From Candidatus Iainarchaeum sp. (lineage in GTDB: Archaea > B1Sed10-29 > WALL01): 64,000 nucleotides of DNA. The position numbers and the translations under genes are program-made. Location of the stretch: NCBI GenBank assembly GCA_023129115.1, contig JAGMCR010000009.1, positions 6,121 through 70,120 of the forward strand, given 5' to 3'. The stretch's first letter is position 1. Every line of letters starts with the position of its first letter. Below, one piece after another: positions 17,096 to 27,577 of this stretch. The notes beneath the pieces were generated by a model. That model saw only the letters and a list, made by a program, of their open reading frames with translations, searched no databases and had not been told where the DNA came from.

Positions 17096-17776
17096 ATGGA
17101 TCCTCTTAAGCAACAGATAGCTGGTGAGATAGCCCTTGCCAGGAACCCTGGGGCCACCATAAAGAAGTGGCGGGAAATCTTCGGGATAACCCAGACCGAG
17201 CTTGCGGACTACCTAGGCATAACACCGTCGACCATAAGCGACTACGAGAGCAACAGGCGCAAGAGCCCGGGCATCGGCGTCATCCGCCGGTTCGTCGACG
17301 CGCTCGTCGACATCGACAGCAAGAAGGGCGGCTGGGTGCACAAAAAGCTCGCGGGGGAGAAGAAGCCGGACGTGTTCAGCGTCGTGGACTTCGAGAAGCC
17401 AATCCCGGCGAAGTCTTTCGTTAACGCGATAAGCGGCCGGGTCGTCACGAACAAGCGGAAGCTGGCGGACATCCAGCTCTCGGGGTACTCACTCGTGGAC
17501 TCGCTGCGGGCGATACTGGAGCTTCCCGTGGACAACTTCGCGAACATTTACGGCAGGAGCAGCAACCGCGCGGTCGTCTTCACCCACGTCGGGGTTGGGA
17601 GGTCGCCGATGGTCGCAATCCGCGTGACCAACCCAAAGCCGAGCCTCGTCGTCTACCACGGGCTCGACAAGATGGACGACCCAATCGCCAAGAAAATCAG
17701 CGAGGTCGAGAGAATACCAATAATCCTCACCAACCTAGACATCGACACGATAAAGGAAAAGCTGGGAAGGTTTTAG
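17096..17776 (+). CDS. XRE-type HTH transcriptional regulator with C-terminal domain
   Basis: HTH segment [34 protein letters not shown]. It lies directly upstream of the HMG-CoA synthase gene. Confidence 0.7.
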   Translation: MDPLKQQIAGEIALARNPGATIKKWREIFGITQTELADYLGITPSTISDYESNRRKSPGIGVIRRFVDALVDIDSKKGGWVHKKLAGEKKPDVFSVVDFEKPIPAKSFVNAISGRVVTNKRKLADIQLSGYSLVDSLRAILELPVDNFANIYGRSSNRAVVFTHVGVGRSPMVAIRVTNPKPSLVVYHGLDKMDDPIAKKISEVERIPIILTNLDIDTIKEKLGRF

Positions 17777-17778
17777 GA

Positions 17779-18807
17779 ATGGCAGGAATAGTCGGGTACG
17801 GGGCATACATCCCCCGCTACAGGATAAAAGTCGAGGAAATCGCGCACGTCTGGGGCAAGGACGCGAGGGCAATCAGCGGAGGCCTCGGCGTCAAGGAAAA
17901 AAGCGTGCCATCGCTCGACGAGGACACTATCACAATTTCTACGCAGGCCGCGCGCAACGCGCTCGAGTACTGCGGCATTGACCCGCAAAAAATCGGTGCG
18001 GTGTACGTCGGCAGCGAGTCCCACCCATACGCAGTCAAGCCGTCCGCCACCGTGGTCGCCGAGGCAATCGGCGCCACGCCAGAGCTGATGGCGGCGGACT
18101 ACGAGTTCGCGTGCAAGGCCGGCACCGCGGCGATGCAGACGTGCATGGCCTTCGTGGACAGCGGCATGGTCGACTACGGGCTTGCAATCGGCACGGACAC
18201 AAGCCAGGGCAGGCCAGGCGACCCGCTCGAGTACACCACCGCTGCCGGCGGGGCCGCGTACATAATCGGCAAGAAGGACACTGTCGCCGACATCGAGGCG
18301 ACTTACTCGTTCACCACGGACACCCCGGACTTCTGGAGGCGCGAGGGAGAGCCGTACCCCAGCCACGGCGCGAGGTTCACGGGAGAGCCCGGCTACTTCA
18401 GGCACGTCCGCGGCGCGACCGAGGGCCTGCTGGAGAAGACGGGTTACAAGTTCGACGACTTCGACTACGTCGTGTTCCACCAGCCCAACGGGAAGTTCCC
18501 CATGCGCATGGCCAAGAAGTTCGGCATCCCAAAGGAAAAGATCGAGGTGGGCCTCCTGACGCCGATGATAGGGAACACTTACTCCGGCTCGACGCCGCTC
18601 GGGCTTGCCGCCGTCCTGGACGTGGCAAGGCCAGGGCAGCTGATTCTCGCGACGAGCTTCGGCTCGGGCGCGGGCGGCGACTCGTTCGCGATAAAGGTCA
18701 CGGACAAAATCCACAAGAACCCACGGCCCGTGAAGGACTACGTCGAGCGGAGGAGCTACCTCACCTACGGCGAGTACATCAAGCACAGGAAGAAAATCAG
18801 GATGTGA
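17779..18807 (+). CDS. Hydroxymethylglutaryl-CoA synthase (archaeal type)
   Basis: N-terminus [16 protein letters not shown] and a thiolase-like fold with the active-site Cys context EFACKAGT. It is followed by thiolase and a DUF35 gene. Confidence 0.85.
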   Translation: MAGIVGYGAYIPRYRIKVEEIAHVWGKDARAISGGLGVKEKSVPSLDEDTITISTQAARNALEYCGIDPQKIGAVYVGSESHPYAVKPSATVVAEAIGATPELMAADYEFACKAGTAAMQTCMAFVDSGMVDYGLAIGTDTSQGRPGDPLEYTTAAGGAAYIIGKKDTVADIEATYSFTTDTPDFWRREGEPYPSHGARFTGEPGYFRHVRGATEGLLEKTGYKFDDFDYVVFHQPNGKFPMRMAKKFGIPKEKIEVGLLTPMIGNTYSGSTPLGLAAVLDVARPGQLILATSFGSGAGGDSFAIKVTDKIHKNPRPVKDYVERRSYLTYGEYIKHRKKIRM

Positions 18808-18812
18808 TTTCC

Positions 18813-19979
18813 ATGGAAAAAGTTGCAATCATTGGAATGGGCATGACCAAGTTCGGGGAATGCTGGGACAAGGGCTTGAGGGACTTGATAGCCGAGGCCG
18901 GCGCCAAGGCCGTCACCAGCGCCGGAATCGATGGGAAGGACATCCAGGCGATTTACGGCGGCAACATGAGCGCCGGGAGGTTCATCGGCCAGGAGCACGT
19001 TGGGGCACTGATTGCAGACGCAATCGGCCTCAGCCCGATTCCGTCGACCCGCGTGGAGGCGGCGTGCGCGTCCGGGGGCCTGGCACTAAGGGAGGCATAC
19101 CTGTCAATCGCTGGGGGGATATACGACGTCGTCGTCGCGGGCGGTGTCGAAAAAATGACTGACGTCTACACAGAGCAGGTGTCGCTCACGCTCGGCGGCG
19201 CGGGCGACCAGGAGTGGGAGGTCTTCCACGGCGCAACGTTCCCGTCGCTCTACGCCATGATGGCCAGGAGGCACATGCACGACTACGGCACGACCGAAGA
19301 GCAGCTCGCCGCGGTGGCAGTGAAGAACCATTCCAACGGCGCGAAGAACCCGCTCGCGCAGTTCCCGTTCGAAATCACTCTAGAGCAGGTCATGAAGTCC
19401 AGCAAGGTGGCCGAGCCGCTGAAGCTGCTGGACTGCTCGCCAATCACGGACGGCGCGGCCGCCGTGATTCTCGCGAAGGAAAGCTTTGCCAAGAAGGTTT
19501 GCGACAATCCAGTGTGGATAACCGGCAGCGGCCACGCCACGGACACGCTGGCGCTCGACGACAGGCGGAGCATGACCACGCTCGACGCGACCAAGCTCGC
19601 CACCAAGGTGGCGATGAAGCAGGCGGGCATCACGCCAAAGCAGGTCGACCTCGCGGAGGTGCACGACTGCTTTACCATTGCAGAGATTTGTGCGGTCGAG
19701 GACATAGGGTTCGTCAAGAAGGGGGAGGGCGGCAAGGCAGAGGCGGACGGCATGTTCGACCTGAACTCTGATATTCCAGTGAACACTTCCGGCGGCCTGA
19801 AGGCGTGCGGCCACCCTGTGGGCGCGACGGGCATAAAGCAGGCGGTCGAAATCTCGTGGCAGCTCCGCGGCGAGGCGGACAAGCGCCAGGTCAAGGACGC
19901 GAACATCGGGCTGGCGCACAACGTAGGGGGCTCGGGGGCAACTGCAGTAGTGCACGTGTTCTCGAGGGAGGTGAGGTAG
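18813..19979 (+). CDS. Acetyl-CoA acetyltransferase (thiolase)
   Basis: [16 protein letters not shown]..., VEAACASGG and GHPVGATG motifs. The track ORF 18111-19979 is the same frame spuriously extended over the HMGCS gene. Confidence 0.85.
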   Translation: MEKVAIIGMGMTKFGECWDKGLRDLIAEAGAKAVTSAGIDGKDIQAIYGGNMSAGRFIGQEHVGALIADAIGLSPIPSTRVEAACASGGLALREAYLSIAGGIYDVVVAGGVEKMTDVYTEQVSLTLGGAGDQEWEVFHGATFPSLYAMMARRHMHDYGTTEEQLAAVAVKNHSNGAKNPLAQFPFEITLEQVMKSSKVAEPLKLLDCSPITDGAAAVILAKESFAKKVCDNPVWITGSGHATDTLALDDRRSMTTLDATKLATKVAMKQAGITPKQVDLAEVHDCFTIAEICAVEDIGFVKKGEGGKAEADGMFDLNSDIPVNTSGGLKACGHPVGATGIKQAVEISWQLRGEADKRQVKDANIGLAHNVGGSGATAVVHVFSREVR

Positions 19980-20399
19980 ATGCCGCACCGGAAGAGCCTT
20001 GCATCGGTATGGAGGCGCATCCCGCAGAGGTACCGCATGGAGAGCACAATGTGCGAGACGTGCGGGACCTATTTCTTCCCGCCGAGGAATTTCTGCCCGA
20101 CCTGCAGGCGCAAGAGCAAGATAAAGCATTATGCCGCCAAGGGCACGGGGAAGGTTTATTCCTATACAGTAATCCATGTGCCGCAGGAGGGGTTCGAGCT
20201 GGAAATCCCTTACGTGCTGGCAGTGGTCGAGCTGGACGAGGGGGCAAAGCTGACTGCACAATTGTGCGACGTCGACCTCGAGGACCTGAAGATTGGGATG
20301 CCGGTCGAGGTCACGTTCAGGAGAATCAGTGAGGGCAAGGGCGGCGGCATAATCCATTATGCGTACAAGTTCACGCCTATAAGCGGACAGAATAAGTGA
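19980..20399 (+). CDS. DUF35 Zn-ribbon/OB-fold protein (scaffold of the archaeal thiolase/HMGCS complex)
   Basis: Zn ribbon CETCGTYFFPPRNFCPTCRRKS followed by an OB-fold-length tail. It shows the conserved three-gene arrangement. Confidence 0.8.
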   Translation: MPHRKSLASVWRRIPQRYRMESTMCETCGTYFFPPRNFCPTCRRKSKIKHYAAKGTGKVYSYTVIHVPQEGFELEIPYVLAVVELDEGAKLTAQLCDVDLEDLKIGMPVEVTFRRISEGKGGGIIHYAYKFTPISGQNK

Positions 20400-21084
20400 C
20401 GGAATACCTCTTTTTGCCTGTCTCCTTGTCGACGCCCTTCAGGGTATAAGACTCCTTAACTGTTGGGCGGTAGGTCGCCTGCAGGTGCTGCAGCGCGACT
20501 TTGGCGGCGCGGGCCGAGCCGAAGTAGACGTCGACTCCGTTCTTGACCATTTCGTACCTGAAGATTTCGGCCTTGCGGTCTTTTTTTACCATGGCGCGGG
20601 CCTCGTTGCGCAGGAACATGAGCGCGGAGCGCATGCGCTGTAGGTCGATTTCCCTGCCCGCGGGCCTGAGCTGCAGGATTGCCTCGTAGTAGTTGCCGCT
20701 CTTGCGCGAGCAGACGTCGCACGTCTGCTTCTCGTACTTCACCGTGACGAGCTGGGTGAGCGACACGGGCTCAGCTCCGAGCGCGCCCTTCACGGTCACT
20801 TCGTACACTTCCTTTTTTTCGCCGGGCTCGACGAGCTCGACCGTGACCTCGGGCGACTCGAGCGAGGTCTTGACGTGGGCGCGCACGATTTCGCCCATGG
20901 ACGCCGGCGCCCCACTCTCCCAAACGCCCCGCGTCTTGACGCGCAGGCAGTGGGTGCACCGCTTGATTGTAATGTCCTCTGTCTCGGCGAGGCCGGGGTG
21001 GTCCTTGAGGTAGCAGTCGATGCAGAACCCGCCGTGGAAGGGCCTGTCCGTTGCACCGCACTTGGGGCAGAACTTTCCCTTCAC
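20377..21084 (-). CDS. NMD3-family protein (short, 235 aa)
   Basis: Cys clusters CPKCG...CIDC, CTHC and CDVCSRKSGNYYEAILQLR are NMD3-like. I start at GTG 21084, which overlaps the upstream TGA. The longer track ORF overlaps the beta-CASP gene. Confidence 0.6.
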   Translation of the reverse strand: MKGKFCPKCGATDRPFHGGFCIDCYLKDHPGLAETEDITIKRCTHCLRVKTRGVWESGAPASMGEIVRAHVKTSLESPEVTVELVEPGEKKEVYEVTVKGALGAEPVSLTQLVTVKYEKQTCDVCSRKSGNYYEAILQLRPAGREIDLQRMRSALMFLRNEARAMVKKDRKAEIFRYEMVKNGVDVYFGSARAAKVALQHLQATYRPTVKESYTLKGVDKETGKKRYSVTYSVRL

Positions 21085-22364
21085 AGGTAGTCCTCCAGCT
21101 TGTACTTTTCGCCGAGCTTTGGCGCGAAGGCGTAGCAGCCGAGCTCGCCCTCGGCCCACTGGCGCAGCAGCTCGCACTGCTCTTCCTCGCCGTGGTTCAC
21201 AAACACGACGGAGGGGCTCGCCTTTTTCAGCATCTTGTGCAGGCCATCCTTCCCCGCGTGCGCCGAGAAGTCGAAGTGCCGGACGTCCAGCCCAGAGCAG
21301 TCTGCCGAGACCCTTTCTGTCTCGAACCTTTTTTCCTCGAGGAGCTGGCGGCCGGGAGTGCCGGGCACCTGGAATCCCGTGAAGAAGACCGCGGACCTGT
21401 CGACGTCTCTTATGTCCTGGACGTAGCGCACGGCCGGCCCGCCGGAGAGCATGCCAGCGGTCGAGACGATTACGGAGGGCTCGTTGAAGACGTCGTTGCG
21501 CTGTGGCGGCGCGACAATCCAGTTCACCCACTTCATGGCGTTGTAGAACTGCTCGTAGTCCTTCAGGAGCTCGGGGAAGTCGAGGTAGATTTCGGTGACC
21601 GCCCTCGACATGCCGTCCATGTAGACCGGCACGTCAAGCTTGTGGGCATAAAGCATCGTGATTATTTCCTGGGTTCGGCCGACGGCAAAGCACGGCAGGA
21701 GGACGGAGCCGCCGTTGTCGGTGACGCCCTTGATTGCCTCCAGAAACTCGTCTTCCAGCTGCTTGCGCGGCGGGTGGTCGCGGTCGCCGTACGTGGCCTC
21801 GATGATTAGTGCGTCTGCGTTTTTTGGCAGGTCGGCGCCCTTGTGCAGGCAAGTGTCCTCGGTCTTGAAGTCGCCGCTGTAAACGATTGTGCGGCCCTCG
21901 GCCTCGGCCTCGACTATTGCGGCGCCGAGTATGTGGCCAGCGTCCCTCGGGGTGACGGACACGTCGGAAGTGGCGTGGTAGGTCTTGCCGTAGCTCATGC
22001 CGTCCGTGTTCCGGAGCATGCGCTTGAACTGGGGCTTGCGGAAACAGCGTGTCTTGTTGCTGGCGGCGATTTTCATGGAGTCCTGGAGCAGTAGCTGCAC
22101 TATGGGGACGGACGCGGTGTGCGTCAGGACCTGTGGCTCGCCGGCCTGGAAGAGGAACGGGAGTGCGCCGCTGTGGTCGAGGTGCGCGTGCGACAGCACG
22201 GCCGCGTCAAGGAAGCCATGGACCGGGAGGGGGAACTGTGGCTCGCGGTTTTCCTCGTCGCTCATCTTCATTCCGTAGTCAAAAACGACTTTGCTCTTGT
22301 TGGTCTCGAGCAGTACCGCGCTCCTCCCAACTTCACGCGCGGCGCCCAAAAATGACAGCTGCAT
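21081..22364 (-). CDS. Metallo-beta-lactamase / beta-CASP ribonuclease (aCPSF2-like, no KH domains)
   Basis: HAHLDHSG motif. Length and layout match the beta-CASP RNA-metabolising MBL family. Confidence 0.8.
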   Translation of the reverse strand: MQLSFLGAAREVGRSAVLLETNKSKVVFDYGMKMSDEENREPQFPLPVHGFLDAAVLSHAHLDHSGALPFLFQAGEPQVLTHTASVPIVQLLLQDSMKIAASNKTRCFRKPQFKRMLRNTDGMSYGKTYHATSDVSVTPRDAGHILGAAIVEAEAEGRTIVYSGDFKTEDTCLHKGADLPKNADALIIEATYGDRDHPPRKQLEDEFLEAIKGVTDNGGSVLLPCFAVGRTQEIITMLYAHKLDVPVYMDGMSRAVTEIYLDFPELLKDYEQFYNAMKWVNWIVAPPQRNDVFNEPSVIVSTAGMLSGGPAVRYVQDIRDVDRSAVFFTGFQVPGTPGRQLLEEKRFETERVSADCSGLDVRHFDFSAHAGKDGLHKMLKKASPSVVFVNHGEEEQCELLRQWAEGELGCYAFAPKLGEKYKLEDYL

Positions 22365-22386
22365 TGCGCTAGTTAAACCCGGGAAG

Positions 22387-22396
22387 ATTTATAAAG
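22387..22396 (+). promoter_or_regulatory. TATA-like box of the acd genes
   Basis: ATTTATAAAG lies about 26 nt upstream of ATG 22419. Confidence 0.45.
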
Positions 22397-22418
22397 CTAC
22401 GGTGCCTCTTACGCTACA

Positions 22419-23048
22419 ATGCTGAGCATGAAGGCGGGGTTTGCGCTTCTCGACAAGTACGGAATCCCCACCGCGAAGTTCGCCGTCGTGAAGAGAGTTG
22501 ACGCGGCGGCAAAGGCGGCGAAAAAAATCGGCTACCCCGTGGCGGTGAAGATTGACTCGCCGGACATTGTGCACAAGACAGAGCGTGGCGTCGTGGCGGC
22601 GAACCTGAAAGACGAGGCCGAGCTGCGCGCCGGGGTCAAGAGGGTGCTGAAGCGCGCTGGCAAGGCGAGGGTGAGGGGCATCATTGTCCAGGAACACTGC
22701 TCGGGGAAGGAAGTCATTATTGGCGGGACGTGCGACGCGCAGTTCGGCGACGTGGTGCTGTTCGGCCTCGGCGGAATCTTCGTCGAGGTGCTGAAGGACT
22801 TTTCTGTCCGCGTAACGCCCATCACCAGGAGGGACGCCAAATCGATGGTGAAGGAAATCCGTGGCTATCCACTTCTTGCCGGGACGAGGGGGGAGAAGCC
22901 CGTGGCAATCCCCACCATCGTGAACACAATTATCAAGGCGTCAAGAATGCTCGAGAGAGAGCCGAAGATAAAGGAGCTTGACATCAACCCGCTGTTCGTA
23001 GATGAAAAAGGGGTTAAGGCGGCTGACGTGAGAGTGATAACATACTGA
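22419..23048 (+). CDS. acdB: ADP-forming acetyl-CoA synthetase, beta subunit (ATP-grasp)
   Basis: ATP-grasp-type sequence (GYPVAVKIDSPDIVHKTERGVV). It pairs with the alpha subunit gene downstream. Confidence 0.75.
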   Translation: MLSMKAGFALLDKYGIPTAKFAVVKRVDAAAKAAKKIGYPVAVKIDSPDIVHKTERGVVAANLKDEAELRAGVKRVLKRAGKARVRGIIVQEHCSGKEVIIGGTCDAQFGDVVLFGLGGIFVEVLKDFSVRVTPITRRDAKSMVKEIRGYPLLAGTRGEKPVAIPTIVNTIIKASRMLEREPKIKELDINPLFVDEKGVKAADVRVITY

Positions 23049-23059
23049 GCCTCGATGTC

Positions 23060-24418
23060 GTGTTCAAGCCTAAGAGCGTGGCGATGGTCGGCGCGTCAGC
23101 GACTCCTGGAAAAATCGGGCACGTAATCCTGCAGGGGCTTATGAAGGGGTTCGAGGGGAGGGTTTATCCCGTGAACCCGCACGAGGAAGAGATACTCGGG
23201 CTCAAGTGCTACCCGAAAGTGGCGGCAATCCCGAAGCAGGTGGATCTCGCGGTCATCGCGGTGCCCGCCAAGCTTGTGCCACAGGTGATGAGGGACTGCG
23301 GGAAAAAGGGCATGAGGGGCGCGATAATAATCTCGGGCGGGTTCAGCGAGATTGGCAACAAGGCGCTGGAAGACGAAGTGCGGCGCATAGCGAACAAGAA
23401 CAAAATTGCAGTCATCGGGCCGAACTGCCTCGGCGTCTACGACTCGTACAGCAAGATGGACACACTGTTCAACCCGCGGTACAAGATGGAGCGACCGAGG
23501 GAGGGCGGCATATCATTTATATCGCAGTCCGGAGCGGTCGGAGCGGTCGTAATGGACTGGGCCGGCGCAGAAGGGTTCGGGTTCAGCAAATTCATCTCGT
23601 ACGGCAACGCGCTGAACATTGACGAGGTCGACCTGCTGGACTACCTCGGCAAGGACCCGAGCACCAAGGTAATATGCATGTACCTCGAGGGCACGCGCAG
23701 GGGCAAGGACTTCATCAAGGCCGCGAAGCGCGTCAGCCTCAAAAAGCCCATCATTGGCCTGAAGGCGGGGAAGAGCGACGAGGGTGCGAAGGCGGTTGCG
23801 TCGCATACGGGCTCACTTGCCGGCACAGCCAGGGTGTGGGAGGCCGCGTTCCGCCAAGCGGGCGTGGTCGAGGCGAGGAGCATGCCCGAAGTGTTCAACT
23901 ACGCGCGCGCGTTCGCGGAGCAGCCGCTGCCGAAGGGCGGCAGGGTCGGCATAATCACTAATGGGGGAGGGTTCGGCGTGCTCGCGACCGACGCGTGCAT
24001 AGAGAATGGCCTGGAAGTCCCGCCGCTGGCCAAGAAGACCGCGCAGGAAATCCGGAAAAAAGTGCCTTCGTACGCGACCGTGAAGAACCCGATTGACCTA
24101 GTGGGCGACTCGGACTATTTGAGGTATGAGGCCGCCATCAACGCCCTGCTGAAGGACAAGTCAATCGACTCGATACTCTGCATCGTGCTGTTCCAGACCG
24201 CCGACATAGACTCGAGAGTGATAAGCGTGATTTCAGAGGCGAGCGACTTGGCGAAGAAGCCGATAGTCTGCTGCGCAGCCGGCGGCGAGTACTCGAGGCT
24301 GCACAGCCAATTGCTTGAGGAGGCCGGAGTCCCAACGTTCAGCAGCCTCAAGGCGGCGGCTGACACGCTGGCAGCAATAACTTATTACGATGAGTTCAGG
24401 AAGTCTGTCCGGAAATAA
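23060..24418 (+). CDS. acdA: ADP-forming acetyl-CoA synthetase, alpha subunit (CoA-binding + succinyl-CoA-synthetase-like domains)
   Basis: KSVAMVGASATPGKIGH CoA-binding start and the phospho-His loop context AVASHTGSLAG. GTG start. Confidence 0.8.
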   Translation: MFKPKSVAMVGASATPGKIGHVILQGLMKGFEGRVYPVNPHEEEILGLKCYPKVAAIPKQVDLAVIAVPAKLVPQVMRDCGKKGMRGAIIISGGFSEIGNKALEDEVRRIANKNKIAVIGPNCLGVYDSYSKMDTLFNPRYKMERPREGGISFISQSGAVGAVVMDWAGAEGFGFSKFISYGNALNIDEVDLLDYLGKDPSTKVICMYLEGTRRGKDFIKAAKRVSLKKPIIGLKAGKSDEGAKAVASHTGSLAGTARVWEAAFRQAGVVEARSMPEVFNYARAFAEQPLPKGGRVGIITNGGGFGVLATDACIENGLEVPPLAKKTAQEIRKKVPSYATVKNPIDLVGDSDYLRYEAAINALLKDKSIDSILCIVLFQTADIDSRVISVISEASDLAKKPIVCCAAGGEYSRLHSQLLEEAGVPTFSSLKAAADTLAAITYYDEFRKSVRK

Positions 24419-25580
24419 TTTTCCGCGCTTCCTCTTCCTTTCCTTCCACGAGCAGCGGCAGCAGGTCAGGGGCGCGGGGGCCGGAGTAGCCGGCCTGCTC
24501 AAGGTTTTTCTCGAGGATGGAGAGGCCGATTTCGTCAATGCTTTTCTTTGCCTGGGCCTCGCGGAGTATCTCTATTTTTTTCTTGAAGTGCTCGGACTCG
24601 GCCGTGCTGTCGACGCTGATGACAAGGGAGTCGAAGCCGCGCGTGATGTCTGCAGTGCTCAGGAAAGAGCCGGGCGGGAGCGAGCCCGTGACCTTCAGCT
24701 TGACGAGGGGGTGCGGGTTGTGCGGCCTGATGCCCTCGAGGAGCTCGCGGGCCTTGCGCACAGTTTCTGCGGCATCGCCGGTCGCCTTGAGCTCGAGGCA
24801 GTAGAGCTTCCTCGGCGTGTCGAGCGATTCGGACGAGAGCTCACCTGTAGCGGTGTCGTAGAACCAGACGCGCTTCGGGTGCTCTGACTCGGACTTTATC
24901 ATCTGTGTGATTATGGTGCTGCCCGGGTGGAGCAAAGTCTTGCCGTCCTTCTGCTTCACGTCGCCGGTGTGGACGTGGCCATTTATGTATAGGTCGAAGC
25001 CGTCTGGGAGGTCGCCCATCGAGAGGAAGGCGGCGTCTTCGTAGACGTATTCCCTAAAGCTCTGGTGCAGGACGAGTATGTTGACGGCGCCGGGCAGCGG
25101 CTTGAAGCTGCATTCTTTGAGTGCGAGGGGCGCGTACTGTTCGGGCACGCCGCCCATGCCGTGGATGGCGACGCTTTCGCCCTGCCTGGAGATGATGACA
25201 GCGTCGTTGTGTGCGGCCACGCACAAGCCCGCGGCCTCGAGGAGCTGGACAGGGTTCGTGAGCCCCCTGGCGCGCCGCTCGTGCGTGCCGTGTATTGCGA
25301 CGACTGGAGTGCCCATGCTGGCCGGGACTTCCCTGCCCGAGCGGAAGCCGGTGATTGCGGCGGGGCTGTGGGACGAGTGCACAAGACGCAGGACGCGCAT
25401 GGCCTTGTCCATGACCTCTGGCTTGGGCACGCGGGAGTCGAAGATGTCGCCCGGGAGGATTATGGCGTCGGCGTCAAGGCACTTGGCGATTGCCTCGCGG
25501 CCCTGGACAAAAGAGTCTTCCTGGCGCTCGGTGCCCCACGCGTAGCCGAAGTGCATGTCACTGGCGATGGCTATTTTCAT
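24396..25580 (-). CDS. Mre11/SbcD-family metallophosphoesterase nuclease
   Basis: Phosphoesterase motifs DMHFG, GDIFD, GTHE and GHVH appear in the canonical order. No Rad50-like gene is adjacent. Confidence 0.65.
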   Translation of the reverse strand: MKIAIASDMHFGYAWGTERQEDSFVQGREAIAKCLDADAIILPGDIFDSRVPKPEVMDKAMRVLRLVHSSHSPAAITGFRSGREVPASMGTPVVAIHGTHERRARGLTNPVQLLEAAGLCVAAHNDAVIISRQGESVAIHGMGGVPEQYAPLALKECSFKPLPGAVNILVLHQSFREYVYEDAAFLSMGDLPDGFDLYINGHVHTGDVKQKDGKTLLHPGSTIITQMIKSESEHPKRVWFYDTATGELSSESLDTPRKLYCLELKATGDAAETVRKARELLEGIRPHNPHPLVKLKVTGSLPPGSFLSTADITRGFDSLVISVDSTAESEHFKKKIEILREAQAKKSIDEIGLSILEKNLEQAGYSGPRAPDLLPLLVEGKEEEARKIISGQTS

Positions 25581-25606
25581 CGAGAAGAGTTAGGCAGAAG
25601 AGAGTA

Positions 25607-26578
25607 TTAAAGGGTTTTGATGAACTTCTGTGTCTTGGAGACGCAAATGGAAAGGGCGTCGTCGAGCGCGTCTGGGTTCACGCCGTTGGCCCCGGCGGCT
25701 GCTGCGTGGCCGCCCGCGTCGCCGCCTATTAGTTCGGCTATTGAGGGTAGGATGTCGCGCCCCAGGTGCAGGCCTTTTTTGACTAGGTCGTCCCTGGCAC
25801 GCGCGCTTATGCGGGCCTCGCCCTCTTTTGCCGCCGCGACGAACGAGACGTCGGCGCCAAGGCGAAGCAGTGAGCGGGCCACGCTGCCCTCGAACGAGCT
25901 TACGTGGCTGGCCACGATTATGTAGCCGCCCTCGCGCGTTATCTTGAGGCGCTGCGCGCCCTTGAGCCGCGCGATTTTCTCTGCCTGCTCGCGGGGGGCG
26001 GCAATCAGCTTCAGGACTTCCTGAAAAGAAGCTTTTGTCTCGGTGAGCGACTCGGCGAGCACGCCGAAGGCCTCTGGCGTTGCCGCGATGAAGTTCGCGG
26101 AGTCCGTCACTATGCCCGCGCACACCGCGAGTGCAGTTTCTTTGGTCAGCGGCTCATCCATTTCCTTCAGGAGGGAATAAATGATTTGTGTGGTGGAGAC
26201 TGCAGCCTCGTCGATTATGCACTCGTCGAACCCCTTCATCACGCCGTCTTTGGGCGAGTGGTGGTCAATCAAGATTTTCTTGGCCTTGGACTTCTTGACT
26301 GAGTCCAGGTCGAAGAGGGACGGCGAGTTTGTGTCCAGCACGATTATGCAGTCCACAGAGAAGTCGGGCTCCGTGATTTCAAGGCCGAACACACTGGCAA
26401 AGTCGGCTATCTGGCCGTTGACCGCGCCCTCGGCCGATATAGTTACTTTCTTTTTCCTGCGCTTGAGGGCGAGTGCGAGTGCGGCCGCTGACGCGATGCT
26501 GTCTATGTCGGGAGAACGGTGCGGCAGCAAAAGAAATGAGTTGGATTCCTTGATTAAGGAAACTGCTTTCTTACTCAT
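25607..26578 (-). CDS. DHH-family phosphoesterase (NrnA/RecJ-like)
   Basis: PDIDSIASA (DxD) and the LIDHHSP (DHH) motif, with a DHHA1-length C-terminus. Confidence 0.7.
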   Translation of the reverse strand: MSKKAVSLIKESNSFLLLPHRSPDIDSIASAAALALALKRRKKKVTISAEGAVNGQIADFASVFGLEITEPDFSVDCIIVLDTNSPSLFDLDSVKKSKAKKILIDHHSPKDGVMKGFDECIIDEAAVSTTQIIYSLLKEMDEPLTKETALAVCAGIVTDSANFIAATPEAFGVLAESLTETKASFQEVLKLIAAPREQAEKIARLKGAQRLKITREGGYIIVASHVSSFEGSVARSLLRLGADVSFVAAAKEGEARISARARDDLVKKGLHLGRDILPSIAELIGGDAGGHAAAAGANGVNPDALDDALSICVSKTQKFIKTL

Positions 26579-26894
26579 TCTTTTCAGACTCGCGGAGCTT
26601 CTTCTGCAGCTCTTCGAGGCGCTTCTTCAGCTTTTCTTCCTGTGGGGCCAGCTTCGCCAGATCCTCGGTCGCCTGCTTCTTCTGCTCCTCGAGGCGCTTT
26701 GTGACATCGTCCTTGGTGCTCTCGATGAGCACGGCGCCGGTGGCGAAGTAGACCTTGCCGGTGGCGTTCTCGAGCTCCTTGAGAGTCGCGTCCATTTCAG
26801 CGTTCCTTGCTTCAAGGGCCTGCTTCTGCAGCGCCACCATTTGGTATTGCTGGCTGTAGGCCCGGTACTCTTGCATCTCTTCTTCGGTTGGCAT
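26571..26894 (-). CDS. pfdB: Prefoldin beta subunit
   Basis: 107 aa with coiled-coil/beta-hairpin/coiled-coil organisation. It sits at the usual position at the end of the exosome superoperon. Confidence 0.75.
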   Translation of the reverse strand: MPTEEEMQEYRAYSQQYQMVALQKQALEARNAEMDATLKELENATGKVYFATGAVLIESTKDDVTKRLEEQKKQATEDLAKLAPQEEKLKKRLEELQKKLRESEKNE

Positions 26895-26900
26895 ATTGTT

Positions 26901-27122
26901 TCACCTCATTACTGACAGGCACGCGTCGAGCAGCCGGAGGCTGCTGTTTGCCGACGCGCGGATGGCGACATTGTCGTCGCCGTGAATGTCAATCCTTATT
27001 TTTTTCCCTTGCGGGGCGAAGGCAATCGTGCCCCGCTTTGGCTTCGCGTCTGCCGCGAGGGCCTTCGCGATGGCCCTGGCCTTTTTTTCTTCGCCCGTGT
27101 CGACCTCGATTTCGAGCCTCAT
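26901..27122 (-). CDS. KEOPS subunit Pcc1-like
   Basis: 73-aa product MRLEIEVDTGEEKKARAIAKAL...SANSSLRLLDACLSVMR. The start overlaps the Brix stop (ATGA). The longer track ORF is a spurious extension. Confidence 0.55.
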   Translation of the reverse strand: MRLEIEVDTGEEKKARAIAKALAADAKPKRGTIAFAPQGKKIRIDIHGDDNVAIRASANSSLRLLDACLSVMR

Positions 27123-27577
27123 GCTTTTTCCTTCCTGAGGTGAAGCCGCGGCCCGACTTCCGCGCCGCCCTGGATGAATGTTATTGCGTCCTTGTTCGCG
27201 GAAAGCACTGTGTCGCTTTCCCCTGGCTCGACGCCGAGCGCCTCGGCGAACCCGATTTCGTCTTCCACTGCAAGCGCGTCCGGCCTCTTGGATCGGCCGA
27301 ACTCGCGCCCGAGCCTCACGCCCTTGATGGGGAACTCCTTGCCCCACTCCCAGCCGGCCTCGTCCACTTCAAGGACGCGTATGGAGCTGGGGTTGCCGTG
27401 CCGCCCCGTGACGACCGCCACAACCGAATAGCCCTCCTGGCGGGCCTTTTCGGCTACGGAGTCGATGGGCTGCTTGCCCCTCGTGAGCGAGACAGAGCCG
27501 GGGATTAGCCGGGCCATCTCTTTCACGAGCGAGCGCACCCGGGCACATGGCTTCCGTGAAGTCGTGAACAGTGGCAT
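27119..27577 (-). CDS. Brix-domain (Imp4-like) ribosome biogenesis protein
   Basis: The MPLFTTSRKPCARVRSLVKEMARLIPGS start is typical of archaeal Brix proteins. The superoperon context supports the call. Confidence 0.65.
   Translation of the reverse strand: MPLFTTSRKPCARVRSLVKEMARLIPGSVSLTRGKQPIDSVAEKARQEGYSVVAVVTGRHGNPSSIRVLEVDEAGWEWGKEFPIKGVRLGREFGRSKRPDALAVEDEIGFAEALGVEPGESDTVLSANKDAITFIQGGAEVGPRLHLRKEKA

Noticed and set aside
17773-20357. ORFs 17773-18828 (-), 19283-20047 (-), 19380-20357 (-), and the 622-aa ORF 18111-19979 (+).
   Set aside because: The first three are antisense shadows of the HMGCS and thiolase genes. The 622-aa ORF is the thiolase frame running open across the HMGCS gene; the real start is ATG 18813 ([10 protein letters not shown]).
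20377-21531. The 384-aa version of the NMD3-like ORF, and the 353-aa version of the SBDS ORF (30436-31497).
   Set aside because: The N-terminal extensions are Arg/Gly-rich. They overlap the upstream beta-CASP and proteasome genes out of frame. Family-typical N-termini begin at the internal GTG 21084 and ATG 31131.
24396-25580. Calling the lone Mre11-like gene evidence for a missing or novel Rad50 partner.
   Set aside because: Absence from a 64-kb window says nothing about the genome. The protein could be a generic SbcD-like phosphoesterase.
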